Shown here: positions 48,467-55,416 of the stretch, one piece after another
Numbering within the stretch: position 1 is the first letter of the stretch
Layout of the letters: each line of letters starts with the position of its first letter
DNA from: a virus
Lineage: Duplodnaviria; Heunggongvirae; Uroviricota; Caudoviricetes
IMG/VR virus record: IMGVR_UViG_3300012346_000220
Span: 19,826 to 83,825 of that record
Length of the DNA stretch: 64,000 nt
Reading direction: 5' to 3' (one strand)
Notes under the pieces: model-generated
Database searches by the model: none
What the model was told of the DNA's origin: nothing
The model's input: the letters and a program-made list of their open reading frames with translations, nothing else
Made by a program: the position numbers and the translations under genes

Positions 48467-49092
48467 GTTTGTTGTGTTTGTTTTTCAGGAATTGCCAATT
48501 GGTCTTTCCATCTTTCACCGTTAAGCCAAGTTGCAGGGTTTGGGATGTATTGACCATCATCCTTAAGCCAAGAAGACTGTTTGCTTTGTTTTTCAATTGC
48601 ATCAAGCATTACCTGCAAAAGATCAGAATCAACTTTTCTTTTTTGAAATGCACGCATTGCAGCGTCTTTGCCAACCTTTTTTGGATATGCCTTCCAGAAA
48701 ATCTCAAAAAAATACATCTTTTGTTTTTCTGTCTCTTCCTCTTCTCTCCTCTTCTCTGGGATAGCATCTGTGTGCATGTTGCTAGCATCTGCTGGCGTGT
48801 TGCTAGCATGAATAAAAAAGCCCTTATCAATCAAAGACTTACGCCCAATCTGAATGTCCTTCAAAGAAAATCGAAGCCTAAACGTTAATTCCTCATCGCT
48901 CGCATCAAACTCCCCGCCATTGCCCTTACTTTCGCTTGCTAGCAACCAAAGTAAAGGAGCTAGCGCCTTGCTAGCAATTGGCAATGCAGCAAAAGCTCGG
49001 TCATTTAGCATGTCGCGGTGCAGCTTAATCCATGGTGGGCAACGATCTTTGTAATGTTGAAAAGCGCCCCAGTTTTTTGGTTTTAAGATCAT
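48457..49092 (-). CDS. Replication initiator / replisome organiser (N-terminal phage replisome-organiser-like domain)
   Basis: N-terminus WGAFQHYKDRCPPWIKLHRDMLNDRAFAALPIASKALAPLLWLLASE. Sits next to the helicase. Confidence 0.55.
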   Translation of the reverse strand: MILKPKNWGAFQHYKDRCPPWIKLHRDMLNDRAFAALPIASKALAPLLWLLASESKGNGGEFDASDEELTFRLRFSLKDIQIGRKSLIDKGFFIHASNTPADASNMHTDAIPEKRREEEETEKQKMYFFEIFWKAYPKKVGKDAAMRAFQKRKVDSDLLQVMLDAIEKQSKQSSWLKDDGQYIPNPATWLNGERWKDQLAIPEKQTQQTWI

Positions 49093-49274
49093 TGGAATCT
49101 TGCCTTTTCAATAGCCATGTAAGCATTAAACTCAACAGAGTCAAATCCGTATTTCATGGCAACTTCGCATGAACCACAAATAGAAATACTTGATTCAACG
49201 TCTCCTTCTTTAAGACGTTTTTTGATTTCTTTAATTGCCGCATACAGCAAAGAAATTTTTTCGTGTGATTGCAT
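49089..49274 (-). CDS. Hypothetical small protein
   Basis: Start at ATG 49274. A possible 39-aa micro-ORF lies upstream at 49276..49395. Confidence 0.3.
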   Translation of the reverse strand: MQSHEKISLLYAAIKEIKKRLKEGDVESSISICGSCEVAMKYGFDSVEFNAYMAIEKARFQ

Positions 49275-49404
49275 CTCATACCCCCAATCGTTTAGCAATA
49301 GCCTTCAATGCGGCCTCAATCTGTTCTGGTGTTGCATCAGGGTGCAAGTGCAACCAAGTTGACTTTTCGCTCTCGTAGCGTTGTTGCTTATCCATATCAA
49401 AACT

Positions 49405-49455
49405 CCAAAAGAAAAACCCCTGAAGGCCGGTAGTACAAGTACCAACTTTCAGGGG
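49405..49455 (-). terminator. Intrinsic terminator on minus strand
   Basis: Minus-strand RNA forms CCCCUGAA...UUCAGGGG followed by UUUUUCUUUU. Lies about 75 nt after the stop of 49529..49726. Confidence 0.6.
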
Positions 49456-49528
49456 TTCGCCGTGGGTAACGGCTTAGATGTATCAGCGTCTTGTACACGC
49501 CACATCTAAACCGTCAGCCCGTATTTTA

Positions 49529-49726
49529 TCAAACTTTTGGAGGTTGTCCAAAATATATTTTTTGACCATCAGGCCGTGTGCGCTTTGTAACCGTCCATCC
49601 GTGTGTGTATTGCATCCTTGAAATACTCGAATGGGGACTTGTAGTTGGTAAAGCACGGGCAACTTCAGCAGCCGTTACGCCATGTTTGCGCTTGAGTAGG
49701 ATAGCTAGTTTGTCAGAGTTGGTCAT
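49529..49726 (-). CDS. Small basic putative DNA-binding protein
   Basis: 65 aa. LAILLKRKHGVTAAEVARAL, an HTH-like segment. Confidence 0.4.
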   Translation of the reverse strand: MTNSDKLAILLKRKHGVTAAEVARALPTTSPHSSISRMQYTHGWTVTKRTRPDGQKIYFGQPPKV

Positions 49727-49980
49727 TTTGCGCTCCTTGCTTGGATCATTGCATCTGCCATCTTGTAAGCATCTTCGGCAGTCCGTTGTTCATATCTGTT
49801 TACCCCAATAAGGCCAACGTATTTATCGGAGCTAAGAATTGCTTGCATCGCCTTGGCTGCAAAGTAGTCTCGCAGGGTCATGCCGTGAAAATGAATTTTG
49901 TCTAAATCGCCAACTACAGGCATGGCTGCCCCACCTGTTTTTACATCACTCATCTCTATCTCCTTGGTTAAAAGTTTCAT
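49723..49980 (-). CDS. Hypothetical protein (first gene of the minus-strand early operon)
   Basis: 85 aa. ATGA overlap with the next gene. Confidence 0.4.
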   Translation of the reverse strand: MKLLTKEIEMSDVKTGGAAMPVVGDLDKIHFHGMTLRDYFAAKAMQAILSSDKYVGLIGVNRYEQRTAEDAYKMADAMIQARSAK

Positions 49981-50296
49981 TGTGAGGATGTTTCCTTACT
50001 TTACGCTGACAGCGTTTATATGCAAGTTAGGAAAGTTAGCGCAATTCGATAACTTTGTGTATTAGGGTTTGTCTGGATAAAAAATATCTTGTCTGTCAGT
50101 TTCGCGTAAGTTTCAGCCCTCAGAATTGAGGCCATACACAGCGATAAGCAGTTGCTGTTAAGCGAGTCAAAGGAACCTAGGCCGGAGACTAATTAACCTG
50201 CTTATCGGTGTGTATACACCCCGCTAGTCTGACTCCTTGACAAGCGGTTTCCCCAGGTCATGTGATCTGGGGTTTTTTAAGGACAAAGGAAAAATC
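49981..50296. promoter_or_regulatory. Divergent early control region: direct repeats AAGTTAG x2 and TTGTCTG x2, 10-bp inverted repeat (50142..50151 / 50198..50207), perfect palindrome GTGTATACAC (50210..50219), TTGACA at 50236
   Basis: 316-bp AT-richer ORF-free gap between divergently oriented gene blocks. Elements read directly. Confidence 0.55.
50251..50278 (+). terminator. Intrinsic terminator/attenuator hairpin 19 nt upstream of first + strand start codon
   Basis: CCCCAGGUCA-UG-UGAUCUGGGG (9-10 bp stem incl. one G.U) followed by UUUUUU, then AAGGA SD and ATG 50297. Confidence 0.6.
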
Positions 50297-50551
50297 ATGT
50301 ACTCAGATCAAAACAAAGCTGCTGACAAATACGACTTCTATTTGTTGGTCAACATGGGTGGCGAAGTGGACTGTGACTGCCATTTCAACATTGAGTCAGA
50401 CGGTGAAGGCTCTTGGAATGTCTCAGAATTTGAGCTGTTCTTTCTTGGCGAAAACGTGACTCGCATGGTTTGCTCTGAAGCAGTTGAAGAACAAATCTAC
50501 GATCAGGCAAACGAAGTTGAAGCAGCAATCCGTGAACAATTGGAGCGATGA
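50297..50551 (+). CDS. Hypothetical acidic protein (Cys-containing)
   Basis: ATG 50297 preceded by AAGGAAAAATC. The ORF-track start at 50237 is a TTG. Confidence 0.45.
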   Translation: MYSDQNKAADKYDFYLLVNMGGEVDCDCHFNIESDGEGSWNVSEFELFFLGENVTRMVCSEAVEEQIYDQANEVEAAIREQLER

Positions 50552-50646
50552 AATGAGTAACGATTGGAAAAACAGAATTTTGGACTGCTTGTTGGCTACG
50601 GCCATCGGCATTGGTTTGGCTGCTGTTATTGTTTACGGGTGGTGAT

Positions 50647-50856
50647 ATGAAAACAACGATTGAAATGGCCCGTGAGGCTGGCTTAGAGGGAATGACAGGA
50701 CATCCCGCACTTCAACGCCTTGTTGCCATTGTCCGTGCTGACGAACGTGCAAAACGACACCTTCCAGACGTACTAACCCAAGAATACGGTGACAGTGCTG
50801 ACTATGTAGAAGGCTGGAATGAATGCCGTGAAGTTATGGCGGGGATGATGAAATGA
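50647..50856 (+). CDS. Hypothetical protein (VRADER paralog 1)
   Basis: ATG 50647. A 30-aa TM micro-ORF lies at 50553..50645 just upstream. Confidence 0.4.
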   Translation: MKTTIEMAREAGLEGMTGHPALQRLVAIVRADERAKRHLPDVLTQEYGDSADYVEGWNECREVMAGMMK

Positions 50857-51080
50857 GAGACACGATAGATATGGCCTGTGAGTCAGATTTGCTGACCCAC
50901 ATCCCGTTCCGTAGCGACACCGAGGTTTCGGTTGCTCTCAAAGCCTTTGAAGCCCTTGTTCGTGCTGATGAGCGAAGCGTAGAGCGTGAGGCGTTGCTTG
51001 AGATTGTTTACAGCTACTGCAACAATCTTTCATGGAACGATGACTTTCAAGAAGACATCCGAGCAAGGGGGAACACATGA
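50853..51080 (+). CDS. Hypothetical protein (VRADER paralog 2)
   Basis: Shares AL..(L/F)VA(I/L)VRADER with the previous gene. Confidence 0.4.
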   Translation: MRDTIDMACESDLLTHIPFRSDTEVSVALKAFEALVRADERSVEREALLEIVYSYCNNLSWNDDFQEDIRARGNT

Positions 51081-51225
51081 TAGTTGTCTACCGCCTCTAC
51101 CGTTTCAAGCGCCGCTGTGGTTTGCCTCGCATCCATGCGCTAAAACAAGCAATTCAAGCAGCTTTGCGCCCGTAAGCGCCTAGTAAGCTTCAAAGAACAA
51201 AATACAGCTTTCAACAGGAGAAATC

Positions 51226-51801
51226 ATGCAAGTTTACAAAGCAATCAACGCTGTCCAGGCTGAGTTATCAGTCCAAGGCATTGCCAAAAATCAACGTAAC
51301 GGCCAAGGCGCTGGCTACAACTTTCGAGGAATTGATGACGTTTTGAACGCTCTTTCTCCTTTGCTGTCTAAGCACGGTCTTTGCATTTTGCCCCGTGTCT
51401 TGGCCCGTGAGTGCGTTGAGCGTCAATCTAAGAACGGTGGTGCATTGTTCTACATCACAGTAGAAGTCGAGTTTGATTTTGTATCGTCCGAGGATGGCAC
51501 AAAACACACCGTCAAGACGTTTGGCGAGGCAATGGATAGCGGCGATAAGGCAACCAACAAAGCCATGTCAGCGGCTTATAAATATGCTTGCTTTCAGGCG
51601 TTCAGCATTCCAACCGAAGCCAAAGAAGACGCTGATTATCAGACACACGAAGTCAAGCCAACACTGACAAACGCCCGTTTTGCCCAAGCTGTCGAACGTA
51701 TCAAAGAGGGAAAGTACACCACGGACAAGCTGCGCGAAACTTTCTCTTTGACTCAAGAACAAGAAGACGCATTGGTTGGAGCAATTGCAAATGCTGAATA
51801 A
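51226..51801 (+). CDS. ERF-family single-strand annealing protein
   Basis: AKNQRNGQGAGYNFRGIDDVLNALSPLLSKHGL and KAMSAAYKYACFQAFSIP resemble the ERF superfamily core. Confidence 0.55.
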   Translation: MQVYKAINAVQAELSVQGIAKNQRNGQGAGYNFRGIDDVLNALSPLLSKHGLCILPRVLARECVERQSKNGGALFYITVEVEFDFVSSEDGTKHTVKTFGEAMDSGDKATNKAMSAAYKYACFQAFSIPTEAKEDADYQTHEVKPTLTNARFAQAVERIKEGKYTTDKLRETFSLTQEQEDALVGAIANAE

Positions 51802-52432
51802 ACCACTGCTTTTCCGTGCGTCCAGCTTGGGCGACATCATGACCGACCCAAAAGGCAAAGACGAGGTTTTGTCTGTCGGTGCTAAGACCGCCATTACAAA
51901 GATGGCTAAAGAGGCTGTTTACGGCTTTGACGAGCGCGTTTCATCCAAGTACATGACCAAAGGCATTGAGGTTGAAGATCAGTCAATTTCCTTGCTCAAC
52001 TCTGTTTTGTTCACCGACTATTCCAAAAACACAGAGCGCAAAACAAATGATTGGGTAACAGGCGAGTGCGACATTTTTACAGGGTCAAAGATCATCGACA
52101 TTAAATCGTCTTGGTCGTTGTCCACGTTTCCCGTGTTGTCAGAACAGGGCGAGGATAAGGGCTATATGTGGCAACTCGCCGCCTATATGATGCTTTGGGA
52201 TGTTGACCATTCCCAGATCGCTTATTGCCTTGTTTCCACGCCTGAAAATCTGATTGGCTATGAAGATCCACAGCTTCATAATGTTGACCACATTAACCCA
52301 GAATTACGGGTTACGCTGGTGAGTTACGAACGCGACAAGGCCAAAGAATCCAAGATCAAAGAAAAGACTGAAGCCGCTCGTGACTACTACAAACAAGTAA
52401 TTGAACGAATTGCAAACGAACACACTTTCTAG
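51791..52432 (+). CDS. PD-(D/E)XK recombination exonuclease
   Basis: GECDIF...IIDIKSS...YMWQLAAYM has a D...(D/E)xK arrangement. Overlaps the end of the ERF gene. Confidence 0.5.
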   Translation: MLNKPLLFRASSLGDIMTDPKGKDEVLSVGAKTAITKMAKEAVYGFDERVSSKYMTKGIEVEDQSISLLNSVLFTDYSKNTERKTNDWVTGECDIFTGSKIIDIKSSWSLSTFPVLSEQGEDKGYMWQLAAYMMLWDVDHSQIAYCLVSTPENLIGYEDPQLHNVDHINPELRVTLVSYERDKAKESKIKEKTEAARDYYKQVIERIANEHTF

Positions 52433-52486
52433 TAAGAACCGTGTAAGCAAACACCAATAAACTCAAGTTTTAACCAAGGAACCAAA

Positions 52487-52780
52487 ATGGCCCACAAAAC
52501 CCACGATCTCGCTGTCAAAGTTGGCAGCTACACAAACCAACAAGGCGAAACCAAAGGACGTTATCAGAATGTCGGTGCGTTGATGCAAGGCGACAACGGC
52601 CAGTTCATCATGCTTGCCAAATGGTTCAATCCAGCAGGTGTGACAGATGACCGAGGCGGCGAATCAATCCTGATTTCAGTGTTTGAGCCGAAAGAAAAGG
52701 GCGAAGCACCACGCCAAGCAAGGCCACAGCGCCAAGCCTCAGCATCCAGCGGATTCGATGACATGGAAGCGCCCTTCTAA
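52487..52780 (+). CDS. Small SSB-like protein with acidic C-terminal tail (..GFDDMEAPF)
   Basis: The C-terminal tail resembles the SSB-Ct interaction motif. The body is short (97 aa). Confidence 0.35.
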   Translation: MAHKTHDLAVKVGSYTNQQGETKGRYQNVGALMQGDNGQFIMLAKWFNPAGVTDDRGGESILISVFEPKEKGEAPRQARPQRQASASSGFDDMEAPF

Positions 52781-52782
52781 CC

Positions 52783-53133
52783 ATGAAACTCACAACACCA
52801 ACTAGCGGCCCAGGTTCACAAATGGGCACTAAATCCCGCGCAATTCTTGAATGCTTGCGAAAAAACGGTAAGTTAAACCGCCTTGACCTTGAAATGAAAC
52901 TCAATATCGGGCCTTTGAATACCACAATCAACCGAATGTATCAATTGGGCTATGTCAAGAATCCAATTGGTATTGCAGGGATGTACGAAATCACTCAGGC
53001 AGGACGTGTTGCACTAGGTGAAGCACTTGAGATTAAATCGGCAGGTGTGGAACGTATTTGCAACGGTTCTAGCCGTGAGATCTACATTCCTGGCATCCAT
53101 TCTGTCGCCCGAGTAGGAATTGCACGGGTATGA
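52783..53133 (+). CDS. Winged-helix transcriptional regulator
   Basis: AILECLRKNGKLNRLDLEMKLNIGPLNTTINRMYQLGYV. Confidence 0.45.
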   Translation: MKLTTPTSGPGSQMGTKSRAILECLRKNGKLNRLDLEMKLNIGPLNTTINRMYQLGYVKNPIGIAGMYEITQAGRVALGEALEIKSAGVERICNGSSREIYIPGIHSVARVGIARV

Positions 53134-53227
53134 ACGCACTTAAAGTCATTGCATACGGCTTGTTGACTTCATTTTTAGGATTGTTGTTGATTTGCTTTAT
53201 CTCTTACACAGTACACTGGATTGCATC

Positions 53228-53413
53228 ATGACTACAGACGAAAAAGAAGCAATCGCCGCTGAAAAGGTCATTCACTCTGCCTACCATCATGTGATGAGTT
53301 ATGCAAAGAATGAAGACATTGAAGCCGCTACCATTGCGCTATTATGGGCAGCATTCGAAACTGAAGCTAAACGATTCGGTTTATCGGATTGGCGCGGATT
53401 AAAATTGAATTGA
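53228..53413 (+). CDS. Hypothetical small protein
   Basis: ATG 53228. ATGA overlap with the next gene. Confidence 0.3.
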   Translation: MTTDEKEAIAAEKVIHSAYHHVMSYAKNEDIEAATIALLWAAFETEAKRFGLSDWRGLKLN

Positions 53414-53664
53414 TGGTTAAGCAAGGTGACGCATGGCCCATAGCCATGAAAGTCGTGCAGGACTGGGGATTCTCGGTTGCCATCAACGGGTCTAAACGGC
53501 TGCTTGTCGGCCTAGTCGGACTCATAGGCGATGTAAAGCGTTTGGAGCCTATGCCAAAGCTGGATTTCGTAACCAGCACTATCACGCATGAGCCTTTTTG
53601 CGGAGCAACCAAGCATTGCAGGGGTGCAATGATGCAAACGGGTTCAGCCGTGATGGTCGCTTAG
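53413..53664 (+). CDS. Hypothetical small protein
   Basis: 83 aa. Confidence 0.3.
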   Translation: MVKQGDAWPIAMKVVQDWGFSVAINGSKRLLVGLVGLIGDVKRLEPMPKLDFVTSTITHEPFCGATKHCRGAMMQTGSAVMVA

Positions 53665-53760
53665 GTCTTAGCCGCCTAGGTATTCTTTAACTTCCCTGTG
53701 TAGTCACGGGGCAGGCGTGAAACTTTGCAAACAACAAGCCCTGCTGTATGGGCAAGGCCA

Positions 53761-54132
53761 TCAACCTAATTCGTAATGCGGGCCATCGTAAAAGCTCTTG
53801 AAGTCACCACCCCAACGGATGTCGATTTCCAGCTCTTTTGCGGCCTGTTTAACGAACGGAGCAAGGTGATCGTATGCAGCCTTGTCCCATGTCACTTTCC
53901 CGTCTTTAAGCGCCCATAGATCAACTGCATGGCCCGTTAGGTGCTTAGAGTTGAGAGTCTTGCTCTTACCCTCTGCAAACAGCTTGGCCTGGCGCTCTTT
54001 GGTGCGTAGACCCTCGCCCACAGTAAAGTCTGTGTCGGTCAATTCAATTGCACGTTTGACCACTTTAACGAGGTCTTCATGTACGCCTTCAAGGGTTTTA
54101 AGCGACTTTGCGCCAAGAACAAATTTAGTCAT
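53761..54132 (-). CDS. Endolysin, peptidase M15 (L-Ala-D-Glu / D-Ala-D-Ala carboxypeptidase-like)
   Basis: SKHLTGHAVDL (the S.H..G.A.D zinc-binding motif) plus a downstream W.GD... motif. Confidence 0.75.
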   Translation of the reverse strand: MTKFVLGAKSLKTLEGVHEDLVKVVKRAIELTDTDFTVGEGLRTKERQAKLFAEGKSKTLNSKHLTGHAVDLWALKDGKVTWDKAAYDHLAPFVKQAAKELEIDIRWGGDFKSFYDGPHYELG

Positions 54133-54605
54133 TTCAAACCCTTAATCATGGCGTCTGTCTTGTCTTTACTCGATTTGCTAGAACCGAAAAAGAACTGCAA
54201 GATCGTGGCAACAATCGTCCCCAAAAGAAAACCCAAAATCGTATCGGCAAAGCGAACCGAAGTTTCAGGAATGGTCAGGAACGTGATTGCACAAATGTAG
54301 ACCACGGCAAAGATCGACCAAAACGCCGCCAAGTAATAGATAAACCGTTTGCTGAAAACGTCATCCTGCGCCAATGCAATCTCTTGCATGTGCCGTGCAC
54401 CATCACGGTCTTTTTGCTCTAACTCAGCCCATTTGAATTCATGCTCACGAAGGGCAGACAAGTCCTCTACAGGCATTTCAGGTTTTAGCTCAATGCCCGT
54501 TTTCTCGCTCACATAGTCAACACCTTTATCCACCACCACCTGGGCAAGTTTGGGTAGATTATTTGTCACCAGTGTGCTGATTATTCCCGCTAGAAGTGGA
54601 GCCAT
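54129..54605 (-). CDS. Membrane lysis protein (holin/spanin-class) with two C-terminal TM helices
   Basis: GAGG SD. Helices YYLAAFWSIFAVVYICAITFL and ILGFLLGTIVATILQFFFG. Confidence 0.45.
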   Translation of the reverse strand: MAPLLAGIISTLVTNNLPKLAQVVVDKGVDYVSEKTGIELKPEMPVEDLSALREHEFKWAELEQKDRDGARHMQEIALAQDDVFSKRFIYYLAAFWSIFAVVYICAITFLTIPETSVRFADTILGFLLGTIVATILQFFFGSSKSSKDKTDAMIKGLK

Positions 54606-54792
54606 GATTGACCTCTATCTTGATGTTAAACACGCCGATTGTGGTTAGGATCAGTTGACCAACCCACTTTACAAACTCAACTTTCGCAGTCGCTCCACCT
54701 ATACCATCCGCATCTTTTACCTCATCGGGTAAATCTACCGGAGTGGCACAGGCAGTAACCAAACAACAAATGATAATTAGACGCTTGACCAA
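54559..54792 (-). CDS. Small lipoprotein (o-spanin-like), overlapping start of downstream lysis gene
   Basis: TTG start. Lipobox LVTAC after a hydrophobic signal. Its 3' end overlaps the 54129..54605 gene in another frame. Confidence 0.4.
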   Translation of the reverse strand: MVKRLIIICCLVTACATPVDLPDEVKDADGIGGATAKVEFVKWVGQLILTTIGVFNIKIEVNHGSTSSGNNQHTGDK

Positions 54793-55085
54793 GGTGTGCC
54801 AGAAGCCTTTTTAGGGGCTTTCTGTTCAGCAATGTTTGTAGCCAATGAAGCATCTACAGCAGCAACACCTTCAGTGCCCAATGAAGCCTTGACCCACTCA
54901 ATAACCTTTGCTTCGGTCAATGAGTCGTAGGGGATGAGGTTCATACCATCGGTCTTTGTAAAACTGACAGTTGAATAAGTAGAGGCTGAATGTTCACCGT
55001 CTACTTGACTCGCGGTAAAATGCACAAAGAAAATAAATTTATCGGCTGTGTTGTAGTCGGTTTGAGTGATTTTCCAATTAGCCAT
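54777..55085 (-). CDS. Hypothetical protein in lysis cassette
   Basis: Start ATG 55085 with an AAGGA SD. Confidence 0.35.
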   Translation of the reverse strand: MANWKITQTDYNTADKFIFFVHFTASQVDGEHSASTYSTVSFTKTDGMNLIPYDSLTEAKVIEWVKASLGTEGVAAVDASLATNIAEQKAPKKASGTPWSSV

Positions 55086-55093
55086 GTTCATCC

Positions 55094-55348
55094 TTAAAAG
55101 TGAGAGCAATAAAACCCGAGAGCGCCACCAGCCGAAGTGACCAGAGCATCCCATACGTCAGGAGTGTGATTTTCTTTGTTCAAAGCGTCATAGAGTTCTT
55201 TCAAGAACCCTGCAATTACCGATAAAGCAAAGGCGTACTGAGGGCCAGTGAACGGCAAGAACACAGCGAACAGAATGGCCCCGGCAATAAAGTGTGCAAC
55301 TTTATCCGCTGAAATGTTGTTTAACCTTTTTAAGGTTTGCTCAATCAT
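55094..55348 (-). CDS. Holin-like small membrane protein
   Basis: 84 aa with 2-3 hydrophobic helices (HFIAGAILFAVFLPF, AFALSVIAGFL). Confidence 0.45.
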   Translation of the reverse strand: MIEQTLKRLNNISADKVAHFIAGAILFAVFLPFTGPQYAFALSVIAGFLKELYDALNKENHTPDVWDALVTSAGGALGFYCSHF

Positions 55349-55416
55349 AAATACGGCCCTCGTCGCGGTTCAGTTGTTTTGTGAGTTCAGCAATCATGGT
55401 GTGGCTTTCGCATCGG

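Noticed and set aside
53664-53761. ORF-free 97-bp gap between convergent + and - blocks as a possible small RNA or tRNA
   Set aside because: No tRNA-like arms and no convincing terminator hairpin were found by eye. It is probably a weakly structured convergent boundary.
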